Of a DNA stretch of 64,000 bases, positions 36,916-47,739 are shown one piece after another. Below the pieces are notes generated by a model. That model ran no database searches, was not told the origin of the DNA, and saw nothing but the letters and a program-made list of their open reading frames with translations. Source of the DNA: Pristiophorus japonicus. Lineage: Eukaryota. Numbering within the stretch: the stretch's first letter is position 1; every line of letters starts with the position of its first letter. Location: positions 84,320,001 to 84,384,000 of the forward strand of contig NC_091979.1 of assembly GCF_044704955.1 (NCBI RefSeq). The letters are read 5' to 3'. A program made the position numbers and the translations under genes.

Positions 36916-38591
36916 GGCGTGGGAGGTGAGCCTTATGCACGCAGCCCCAGTGAGGCCATTCGGCCAGGGCTAGGGGCTGCGTGCTTTGGGCCCCTCCCAC
37001 AGTTTTGGGCGCCTGGAGCTACTGCACATGCGCGCCCACTGTAGCATGCATGTGCAGAGGTCCCGTCACTGTGTTCAGCGCAGAGACCTGGCTCCGCCCC
37101 CCACAGCTCGTGCTGCGCCCAGCTCCAGAGGACCTGCAGGGAGCCGGAGAATAGATGAGTTTTTTTTTAGGCGCACTTTGTGGCGCGAAAAACGGGCATC
37201 CAGGCGAAACTTGGGCCCTAAATGTGGAGAATTGCAATTTCTGGGATACTCCAAAAAAACTAGTTGTTCCAAAAAAATAGGAGCAAATCCAGTTGAAACT
37301 TGGGCCCATAAACACCAAATAAGAGGTATACGATTATCAGTTCAGTTAAATAAGAACTCGTCAGCTAATACTATGACAATCCTTTTCCTAGCAGCATAAA
37401 TTTGTTCGGAAACAAATCTCTGCCTGTCATGTGATACAAAGGCATATAGCTTAACTTGGCAATGTGATGTTGGCAGCTGGCAGTGTGAAGATATTGTTTT
37501 AATAGTTAAACTGGAACAGAGAAAAAAACATTTATAGAAAAATTAAAACAGTAGCATGTTCTGAGGGTCAGATGACATTCATGAACTACTGTGGTGTTGT
37601 TTTCATAATTGACGAACTCTTCTTGGTCCCTGGAGTCAGTTACAGTCTTGTCACACACTCCCAACTAATCTTTAGTTCTCCATGCAGCAAAAATTCCTGT
37701 GCTACATATGGATCCAAACAAAATAAAATGCAGATGACGTACTTCAATTAAATTCAAGTCGAGGCACCAACATATTTTGCGGAGTAATGAAATTAATTAG
37801 AAGTCACGTGAAGGGTTGATGGGGGAGGCGACCGATTTTCCTCTTTCGGGTGAAGTTCTGGTAGGATGGGACTTCAGAGGCCTCACCCTAACTTGTTTTC
37901 CTGGATCAGGGCTCATTACATGTGCATGGTGAGCCCCCGGTGGGATTCCTGCCATCGAGAAAGAGCATGCCAGTGCAAAGGCAGAGAAAAATGGCACTGT
38001 AACAGCGGGAATGCAACTGTAGCACCAGGAGAGGCAGCAGGGGATGGAGTCTTAGAGAGCAGGAGACTGGGGAATCGGGGTTCTGAGAATAAGGACTTCA
38101 GGGTCAGAGTGAGACTAGAGGTCAAGGGATGGGGGCTTGGGGGTCAGGCAGGTTGAAAGACAGGGATTGGGGAGAATGGAGATTGGGGAATGGGGTGCTT
38201 GTGACACAATATTTCCTGCAGAACCAGGAGCAGTAGCAATGCAGTGAGTGGGAGCAGTGGCGAGAAAGGAGCAGGCAGTAAAGGGGTGAGCAAAGCCTGG
38301 GGACTTTACTGTGAGTAAATAGTAAACAATTGCTTCCACTGGTGGACAAATGGTGAAGTTGGGGATGGAGACTGACGACTCTCACTGGAAGAACAAAAGG
38401 GGATGGGAGGAGGCAAGTGTTTGAACTGAGGGCTATGGGAGCATGGGATGCTTCACCATAAGTGGCTATGGCGAGGCTGTGAGGTCGTGAGGCTCACATT
38501 GCGTACTATGAATTCCACGTAGAGGCCCTGTGGGAGGGAGGAAGGAAGGAGGACAGTAGTAGTATGTTTGAGTTTGTGTGTATATATTGGT

Positions 38592-38824
38592 ACATGCAGC
38601 AGAGCCTGGTCTCCAGTCGTCTTGGATCCCCTTGCCACTGGACCAAGACCGTGCTCCGTCAAGCCCGTGTGGTGGCTGCTGTGCAACGGCCACCCCACAT
38701 TAAAATAATTCACGTACACGCATCTTCCATCATTTAAAATGAGTTAATCAATTACCTGAGTACTCATTTTTAGTGTGGAAGCAAGTCATCCTCAACCCCA
38801 AGGGACTGCCTATGATGATGATGA
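38592..38824 (+). mobile_element. RTE-tailed non-autonomous retroelement, truncated variant copy
   Basis: gcagcagagcctggtctccagtcgtcttgg...cgtgtggtggctgctgtgcaacggccacc...gtggaagcaagtcatcctc...gggactgcctatgatgatgatga. Confidence 0.85.
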
Positions 38825-38889
38825 GTATGTCAATTAAAAGGGATTGGGATAAGTATTTGAAAAGAAGGAATATAAAATAATCTGGGGGA

Positions 38890-40010
38890 ATCATCATAGG
38901 CAGTCCCTCGGGATCAAGGAAGAATTGTTTCCACTCTTAACATGAGTTCTTTGGTGGCTGTACAATCCAATACGAGAACCACAGTCTCTGTCACAGGTGG
39001 GACAGATAGTCGTTGAGGGAAGGGGTGGGTGGGACAGGTTGGCCGCATGCTCTTTCTGCTACCTGCGCTTGATTTCTGCATGCTCTCAGCGACGAGACTC
39101 GAGGTGCTCAGCGCCCTCCCGGATGCACTTCCTCCACTTCGGGTGGTCTTTGGCCAGGGACTCCCAGGTGTCAGTGGAGATGTTGCACTTTAACAGGGAG
39201 GCTTTGAGGGTGTCCTTGTAATGTTTCCACTGCCCACCTTTGGCTCGTTTGACGTGAAGGAGTTCCGAGTAGAGCGCTTGGTTTGGGAATCTCGTGTCTG
39301 GCATGCGGACAATGTGGCCTGCCCAGCAGAGTTGATCATGTATGGTCAGTGCTTCAATGCTGGGGATGTTGGCCTGGTCGGGGACGCTAACGTTGGTGCA
39401 TCTGTCCTCCCAGGGGATTTGTAGGATCTTGCGGAGACATCGTTGGTGGTATTTCTCCAGGGATTTGAGGTGTCTACTGTACATGGTCCATGTTTCTGAG
39501 CCATACAGGAGGGCGGGTTTTACTACAGCCATGCAGACCATGAGTTTGGTGGCAGTTTTGAGGGCCTGGTCTTCAAACACTTTGTTCCTCAGGCGGCCGA
39601 AGGCTGCACTGGTTCACTGGAGGCGGTGTTGGATCTCGTCGTCAATGTCTGCTCTTGTTGATAGGAGGCTCCTGAGATATGGGAAGTAGTCCATGTTGTC
39701 CAGGGCCGTGCCGTGGATCTTGATGACTGGGGGGGCCGTGCTCTGTGGCGAGGACAGGCTGATGGAGGACCTTTGTCTTACTGATGTTTAGCGTAAGGCC
39801 CATGCTTTCGTACGCCTCAGTAAATACGTCAACTATATCCTGGAGTGCAGACTCTGTATGTGCGCAGATGCAGGTGTCGTCCGCGTACTGTAGCTCAATG
39901 ACAGAGGTTGGGGTGGTCTTGGATCTGACCTGGAGACCGTGAAGGTTGAACAGGTTCCCACTGGTTCTGTAGTTTAGTTCCACTCCAGCGGGGAGCTTGT
40001 CGACTGTGAG
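38890..40010 (-). mobile_element. 5'-truncated RTE-clade LINE
   Basis: atcatcataggcagtccctc tail. ORFs 39642-39983 (ELQYADD) and 39086-39580 (LLYGSETW). Confidence 0.92.
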
Positions 40011-40279
40011 GGAAATGAGGTTTTACGAGAGAGTGCCAGAACTGGCGCAGGCACTGGAGGCCGAATGGCCTCTTCCTGTGCTACAATTTCTATCATTCTA
40101 TGAAAACTCCCCTTTATTGAGTGGCTTAGAGATGTTGGTGCTGAGCTGTGTTTTGGATGATGTGCTCCAAACACCAAGCCTGCTGCCATTTGTGCGATCC
40201 CTTGATTTGGTTCAGGTCGGTGCGGCACAAACCGACTTAAACCAAACCAAGCGATCGTGGTGAAGTCCAAGTACAGATT

Positions 40280-43205
40280 GACTCTGACCGCAGAGATAGT
40301 GGATGCATTGGTTGTAATCTACCAACATTTCCTGGATTCTGGGGACAACCCAGCAGATTGGAAAACCGCAAATGTAATGCCCCTATTTAAAAAAGGAGGC
40401 AGACAGAAAGCAGGAACCTATAGACCAGTTAGCTTAACATCTGTCGTTGGGAAAATGTTGGAGTCCATTATTAAAGAAGCAGTAGCAGGACATTTGGAAA
40501 AGCATGATTCAATCAAGCAGAGTTAACATGGTTTTATGAAAGGGAATCACGTTTGATAAATTTGCTGGAGTTCTTTGAGGATGTAATGAGCAGGGTGGAC
40601 AAGGGGGAACCAGTGGATGTGGTGTATTTGGATTTTCAGAAAACATTTGATAAAGTGTCACATAAAAGGTTACTGCACAAGATAAAAGTTCACAGGGTTG
40701 GGGGTAATATATTAGCATGGATAGAGAATTGGCTAATTAACAGAAAAGAGAGAGTCGGGATAAACGGGTCATTTTCCGGTTGGCAAACAGTAACTAGTGG
40801 ATCGGTGCTGGGGCCTCAACTATTTACAATCTATATTAATGACTTGGATGAAGGGATCGAGTGTAATGTAACCAAGTTTGCTGATGATACAAAGATGGAT
40901 GGGAAAGCAAATTGTGAGGTCACAAAAAATCTGCAAAGGGATATAGACAGGCTGAGTGAGTGGGCAAAAATTTGGCAGATGGAGTGTAATGTGGGAAAAT
41001 GTGAGGTTATCCACTTTGGCAGAAAAAATAGAAAAGCAAATTATAATTTAAATGGAGAAAAATTGCAAAGTGCTGCAGTACAGAAGGACAGTTTTGATCT
41101 CCTAATCTGAGGAAGGACGAGCTTGCTATTGAGGGAGTGCAATGAAGGTTCACCAGACTAATTCCCGGGATGGCAGGACTGACATATGAAAAAAGACTGG
41201 ATCGGCTAGGCTTATACTCACTGGAATTTAGAAGAATGAGAGGGGATCTCATAGGAACATGTAAAATTATAACGGGACTGGACAGGTTAGATGCAGGAAG
41301 AATGTTCCCGATGTTGGGGAAGTCCAGAACCAGGGGTCACAGTGTAAGGATAAGGGGTAAGCAATATAGGACCGAGATGAGGAGAAACTTTTTCACCCAG
41401 AGAGTGGTGAACCTGTGGAATTCTCTACCACGGTGAGTTGTTGAGTCCAGTTCGTTGGATATATTCAAGAGGGAGTTAGATGTGGCCCTTACTAAGGGGA
41501 TCAGGGGGTATGGAGCGAAAGCGGGAGTGGGGTACTGAAGTTGAATGGTCAGCCATGATCATATTGAATGGTGGTGCAGGCTCGAAGGGCCGAATGGCCT
41601 GCTCCTGCACCTATTTTCTATGTTTCTATGTCCTTGTGCATGAAACACAAAAAGTTAGTACAGGTGCAGTGTCCCGAATCCGGAACCCTCGGGACCGAGG
41701 CCGTTCCGGATTCCGCGTTGTTATGGACTTGCAACGTCTTTCTGAGGTCACGAATCCGGAAACACCCGAGTCCAGTTTCATAAGGGGGGGGGTGGGGGGG
41801 GGGGGGGTACCTGGTGAGGAGCTGTTCAGGCCATCTGGGGCCCGCCAAGGAGGTTGTCGGGCCGCCCCGGCCTCGCTGAGGAGGTGCTCGGGCGGGCCGG
41901 CGAGGAGGCGTCGAGGTAAGGGCAACAACGGATCTCCGAGATCGGCAGGGTCGTCAGGTCCGGATTCTGGAACATTTTACAGATTCCGGGTGACCCTGCC
42001 ACCAACTGGTCTGGAGTCCAGTTTCTGGAACATTCCGGATTCCAGAACTCTGAATTCTGGACGCTGCACCTGTATGCAGGTTCAGTGAGTAATCAGGAAG
42101 GCAAATGGAATGTTGGCCTTTATCGCAGGGGGGATAGAGTATGAAAGCAGAGAAGTCCTGCTACAACTGTACAGGGTATTCGTGAGGCCACACCTGGAGT
42201 ACTGTGTACAGTTTTGGTCTCCGTATTTAAGGAAGGATATACTTGCATTGGAGGCTGTTCAGAGAAGGTTCACTAGGTTGATTCTGGAAATGAGGGGGTT
42301 GACTTATGAAGATAGGTTGAGCAGTTTGGGCCTATACACACTGGTGTTCAGAAGAATGAGAGGTGATCTTATCGAAACATATAAGATTATGAGGGGGCTT
42401 GATGCAGAGAGGATGTTTGCACTGATAGGGGAGACTAGAACTAGAGGGCATAATCTTAGAATAAGGGGCTGCCCCATTTAAAACTGAGATGAGGACAGGT
42501 TAGATGCAGGAAGAATGTTTCCAATGTTGGGGGAGTCCAGAACCAGGGGTCACAGTCTAAGGATAAGGGGTAAGCCATTTAGGACTGAGATGAGGAGAAA
42601 CTTCTTCACTCAGAGAGTTGTTAAGCTGTGGAATTCTCTACCGCAGACAGTTGTTGATGCCAGTTCATTGGATATATTCAAGAGGGAGTTAGATATGGCC
42701 CTTAAGGCTAAAGGGATCAAGGGATATGGAGAGAAAGCAGGAAAGGGGTACTGAGGTAAATGATCAGCCATGATCTTATTGAATGATGGTGCAGGCTTGA
42801 AGGGCCGAATGGCCTACTCCTGCACCTATTTTCTATGTTTCTATAATGAGGGGGCTCAACAAGGTGGATGCAGAGAGGAAATTTCCACTCATAGGGGAAA
42901 CTAGAACTAGGGGGCATTGTCTCAGATTAAGGGGCCGCCCATTTGAAACTAAAATGAGGAGGAATTTCTTCTCAAGAGGGTTGTAAATCTGTGGAATTCT
43001 CTGCCCCAGAGAGCTGTGGAGGCTGGGTCATTGAATATATTTAAGGCAGAGATGGACAGAGCAGTAAGTGAATAAAGGGTTATGGAGTGCAGACAGGGAC
43101 GTGGAGTTGAGGCTAAGATCAGGTCAGTCATGATCTTATTGAATGGTGGAGCAGGCTTGAGGGGCAAAATGGCCTACTCCTGCTCCTATTTCTTATGTTC
43201 TTATG
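40280..43205 (+). mobile_element. CR1 LINE ORF2/3' region with nested CR1 fragments (about 41086-41631 and 42493-42843) and a MITE
   Basis: DWKTANVMPLFKKG, YLDFQKTFDKV, KFADDTK and VRPHLEYCVQFWSP. Final tail ttcttatgttcttatgt; internal tttctatgtttctat tails near 41630 and 42843. Confidence 0.9.
41661..42072. mobile_element. Tc1/mariner-superfamily MITE (412 bp)
   Basis: TA|CAGGTGCAGTGTCC ... GGACGCTGCACCTG|TA. The host CR1 sequence aaagttagta-tgcagg is restored on removal. Confidence 0.92.
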
Positions 43206-43544
43206 TAGCTCCTAGTTCAGAGTTGTTACCTTCATAGAGAATGTGAGTCCAAACCAGAGTCTGAGGAGATATGGAGAGAGATGGGGCCTGTTAAAGTTCT
43301 GATCGACTGGGGAGCTTGAGGGCAATTCTTACTGTAGTTTCAAGGTGAATATCAATGGTTTATAAGATTACTACTAGTTACATGTCGCATGTCGGGGCAG
43401 TACACCTATTACTGCCAGTTACATATAGACAATCGGTGGGTATTACTGTTGGTTATGAGGGGAATCTGAGTGTTACCGGTATTACAAATAGTTATCTGTA
43501 CAATTTCAGTGAGTTACTATTAGTGATTGGTGGAAGCAAAGTTC

Positions 43545-43855
43545 CTCTCACCTCTGGTTTCCCCCTTGCAAACTTCACCTCCCTCAGTTTACCCTCTTCC
43601 CGTCCTCATTTTCCCTCTTCCCGCCCTCGGTTTCTCCTCTTCCCCGCCCTCGGTTTCTTCTCCTTCCCCGCCCTCGGTTTCTTCTCCTTCCCTGCCCTCA
43701 GTTTCTCCTCGTTCCCCCCTCGGTTCCCTCTCCCTCCCCGCCCTCGGTTTCCCCTCTTTCCCCCCTCGGTTTCCCCTCTTTTTCCCCTCGGTTTCCCCGC
43801 TCATATGCCCTTGAATTCTGCTCTTCCTTGCCCTTGGTTTCCTTTCTTCACCTGC
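43545..43855. repeat. C/T-rich minisatellite (ccgccctcggtttcttctccttcc, about 24 bp)
   Basis: Recurring ccctcggttt core. It may sit inside a degenerate hAT-like element (cagagttgttacc at 43218, gttggcaacccta ending 44039). Confidence 0.85.
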
Positions 43856-44504
43856 TAATGTGTGGCCTCCTAGTTCTCGAAACTTCGTAACTGCTGGCGT
43901 GAAACCACAAGCAAAGATGCTCAACGGTCGGAGACCCAGCGGTTCTAAGGTACAGACAACAACATTTGCAGATGTCATGTAAACACATGCCATGTGATCA
44001 AGCCTCCAGCATTACCTCTGACCAGAGTTGGCAACCCTACCCGCTAGGGACCTGCGCCCCAACTCCACACTGCCGTTTGCAAGCAGCAGGCAGAGATAGA
44101 GCAGCTGGGGTCAGTCCTGGCAAGGGCATGGGGAGAGAAATCCTAATTAGGCTCGTTTGTCAAAGTTGAAACAAAGACTTTGCCATGTGTTGTTCAACTA
44201 TGCAGCATCCTTTAAGCTCCATGAAATCTGTTGTCCATTCGCACCCCAGTATAATTTCTCCAAGTCTTTCAACATTTGTGATAAGCAGTGGAGTTAGTTT
44301 TTGATACATCTGTCCATGTTTCAGTTCTCCTCGTTCGTACCCTGTAGCTATGCCACTTAAGAGAAAAAAATGCTTTATATTCAATGTAAAAAGTTCATCA
44401 AAGCTACCTGCTAAAATGATAGTGAATTTGATAACTAAGTATAATTTTCTCTTAGAACATTGTAATTTTTTTTTGCAGTCTTTGAACATATGCTGTTAAG
44501 TTAT

Positions 44505-44577
44505 CATAGCTGTTTCTGTTTCTCTCTCCACAGATAATGCATAACCTGTTGAGTGCCTCCAGTATTTTCTGTTTTAA
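44505..44577. mobile_element. Single-arm Penelope-derived repeat fragment
   Basis: ctgtttctctctccacagataatgcataacctgttgagtgcctccagtattttctgtttt resembles the right arm at 1688-1741. Confidence 0.6.
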
Positions 44578-45999
44578 GTTAGCATAGTGTTTCCTTCTCG
44601 GCGTAGGTTTGCTATGCCATCAGCTAAATTTATATTGTTGCTTATTGAGCCAAAGATTAATATATGAACAAACCTGCAATGGAGTATGCCTACATTCAAC
44701 ACAATCACAACTGTTTGTAATTAGTTATCCAGTACATACACTGGACACCTATATCTTCCATATGAGATAAACATAGTGAGAGATGAAGTATTAAGGAGTA
44801 TAGCAACTTTGAAAGTGGATAAATCCCCAGGCCCGGATGAAATGTATCCCAGGCTGTTAAGAGAAGCAAAAGAGGAAATAGCAGCGACTCTGACTATCCA
44901 ATCTTCCAATCCTCTCTGGCTACAGGTGTGGTGCCGGATGACTGGAGGACTGCTAACATTGTACCTTTGTTTAAAAAGGGAGAAAGGGATAGACCGAGTA
45001 ATTACAGGCAAGTCAGCCTAACATCAGTGGTAAAATTATTGGAAAAATTCCTGAGGGACAGGATAAATCTTCATTTGGAAAGACTTGGATTAATCAAGGA
45101 CAGTCAGCATGGATTTGTTAAGGGAAGGTCGTGACTGACTAAGTTGATTGCATTTTTCAAGGCGGTAACCAGGAGGGTTGATGAGGGCAGTGCATATGAT
45201 GTAGTGTACATGGATTTTAGCAAAACTTTTGATTAGGTCCCACATGGCGGACTGGTCAGAAAAATAAAAGTCCATGGGGTCCAAGGCAAAGTGGCAAGTT
45301 GGATCCATAATGGTTGATAGGTGCTTTTGTGACTGAAAGGCTGTATCCCGTGGAGTTCTGCAGGGCTCAGTACTGGGTCCCTTGCTTTTTGTGGTATATA
45401 TCAATGACTTGGACTTGAATGTTGGGGGTATGATTAAGAAGTTTGCAGATGACACTAAAATAGGCTTTGTGGTTGATAATGAAAAAGAAAGCTCTAGATT
45501 GCAGGAAGATATCAATGTACTGGTCAGGTGGGCAGAACAGTGACAAATGGAATTCAATCCGGATAAATGTGAAGTAATGCATTTGGGGAGGTCCAACAAG
45601 GCACATTACACATTAGATGGTACAACACTGAAAAGTGTAGAGGAAAAAAGGGACCTTTGAGTGCAAGTTCACAGATCTCTGAAGGTAGCAGGCCAGGTAG
45701 ATAAGGTGGCTAAGAAGAAATAAGGAATACTTGCCTTTATTAGTCAAGGCATGGAATACAAGAGCAAGGAGGTTATGCTTGAACTGTATAAAACACTGGT
45801 TAGGCTGGAGTATTGTGTGCAGTTCTGATCATCACATTACAGGAAAGATATGATTGCACTGGAAAAGGTGCAGAAGAGATTTACAAGAACATTGCCTGGA
45901 CTGGAGAATTTTGGCTATGAGGAAAGACTGGAGATGCTGGGTCTGTTTTCTTTGGAACAGAGGAGGCTGAGGAGATACCTGATTAAGGTGTATACAATT

Positions 46000-46827
46000 C
46001 ATAGGCGGTCCCTCGAACGAGGATGACTTGCTTTCACATGAGTTCACAGATGTTTCAATGAAGGACTCGATGTTCAAGTCCTGAACTCCAATTGAAGGGT
46101 GGAAGATGCCTGTGCGTGGATTTTTTTAACGTGTAGTGGCCGTTGCATATTAGCCACCACACGGGCTTGACAGAGCTAGGCCTTTATCCAGTGGCAAGGG
46201 TTAATCAGGACGACTGGAGATCTGCTCTGCTGCACGGACCTAGTGTGCACACATATCGCAGTGTGGACTGGCCCGTGCTGCCCCTGGGCCCTCGGCTCTT
46301 CTGGGCCCCGTATCCTCATTCACCTCACCTTCGTCACGATCTCTCGCCGCTCCTCCGCCACAAACATTTACCGCATCTCCGCCACGAACTCTCACTGTAC
46401 CTCCGCCATGAACTCTCGCCGCTCCTCCGCCACAAACAACTGGCGCACCTCCACCACGAACTCTCGCTGCACCTCCGCCGCGAACTCTCGCCGCACCTCC
46501 ACCACGAACTCTCACCGCTCCTCCGCCACGAACATTCGCCGCACCTCCGCCACAATCACCCACCAAATCTCAGCCACGATCCCTCATCACTCCTCCGCCC
46601 CGATCACTCGTCGCAAGTCCGCCACGACCATCCTGCTCCTCTGCTGTACCAGGGCCCCGCCGATGCTTCTGCCCATGCTCCAACCGGTGACCTGGGTCCT
46701 GATGACGTCACCCAGTCGCCCACCTCGCACATTTGTGTCGGCTCGCGCTGGAAGCTGCATGTCATGTTCCAGCTCTTATACTCCCGACCTGCGGTGGTGT
46801 CCTCTCGCAGGTCGAGGTGGCCCACGA
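46000..46827 (-). mobile_element. RTE-tailed non-autonomous retroelement with expanded VNTR
   Basis: cataggcggtccctcgaacgaggatgacttgc tail. Approximate TSD tgtata(c/a)aa (45989-45997, 46828-46836). Confidence 0.88.
46330..46630. repeat. 24-bp VNTR (cacgaactctcgccgcacctccgc), about 12 units
   Basis: Direct inspection. Gives an 8-aa periodicity (HELSPHLR) in the overlapping ORF. Confidence 0.92.
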
Positions 46828-47739
46828 TGTATAAAACTTTGAGGGGCCTGGATAGAGTGGATAGGGAGGACTTGTTTCCCTTGGCAGAGGGCTCAACAAC
46901 CAGGGGGCATAGATTTAAAGTAATTGGGGGGAGGTATAGAGGAGATATGAGGGGAAATTTCTTCACCCAGAGGGTAGTGGGGGTCTAGAACTCACTGCCT
47001 GAAAGGGTGGTAGGGGAAGAAACCCTCACCACATTTAAAAAATACTTGGATGTGCACTTAAAGTGGACTGCGGACCCAGAACTGGAAAGTAGAATTAGGC
47101 TGCATAGCTCTTGGTCGGCTGGCGCAGACACGATGGGCTGAAATGGCCTCCTTCCGTGCTGTAAATTTCTATGATTCTATGATTCTAGATCAGGGCTTCC
47201 AGCTATGCCTGTCTATTTACATCTTTGTGTGCATTATCTCTGCACAGTAGACACTATCTGAACTAATGTCTGTGACAGCCATATAAAAGGTGATGTATAA
47301 CTGGGAGATTTTATATTAAATTATATTAGGGGAAGGTATGAGCAATTTTTAACAAAAAGCTCCGTTGTAAAATCGATAATACTTTGCAATTTTGTCCTGG
47401 CAATAACTAATTTGCAAAGTTCTTAAAATTAAATATCTGACAGAAAAAGTATAATACCAAGCCAGAAATGCTGCTATTTGAGAAGGAACTGTGTATTTGA
47501 AATCAATTAGAACTCAATTTTCCTTACTCAGGCTCAGTCTTTTTTTTGTCCTAAATTATCTTCATAACCTGGATTATCAAGCCACCTGCACGAAAGTGAA
47601 ACTGTATTGGATTGAGAAACATATTTCTAATGCAAGTTTAGCAATGATCTGTAAAGAAGAGCATGGACTTTGATTCTGATATCAATGAAATTCTAACTAT
47701 GTTGAGTTGTCCAAGCGAGACCTACAGTTTTTGTTCAAT

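Larger units (their letters stand above)
35561..37218. mobile_element. Harbinger-like MITE (inner copy, same family, opposite orientation)
   Basis: TAA|GGGGCCAAGTTTCG ... CGAAACTTGGGCCC|TAA. The outer copy resumes agcaaactaa|atgtggagaattgc. Confidence 0.88.
34670..37307. mobile_element. Harbinger-like MITE (outer copy)
   Basis: ATA|GGGCCCAAGTTT ... AAACTTGGGCCC|ATA: perfect 12-bp TIR and 3-bp TSD. Confidence 0.9.
44775..47187 (+). mobile_element. CR1 LINE (different subfamily), split by an RTE-tailed element
   Basis: KSPGPDEMYPRLLREA, DWRTANIVPLFKKG and KFADDTK. Resumes YKTLRGLDRVD near 46828. Tail ttctatgattctatgattcta. Confidence 0.9.

Noticed and set aside
36018-37044. ORFs spanning or next to the N gap
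   Set aside because: Artefacts of N runs and G-rich repeats.
46143-46988. 281-aa His-rich ORF (HELSPHLR repeats)
   Set aside because: Antisense read-through of a 24-bp VNTR into CR1 sequence; non-ATG start and not open in other copies.
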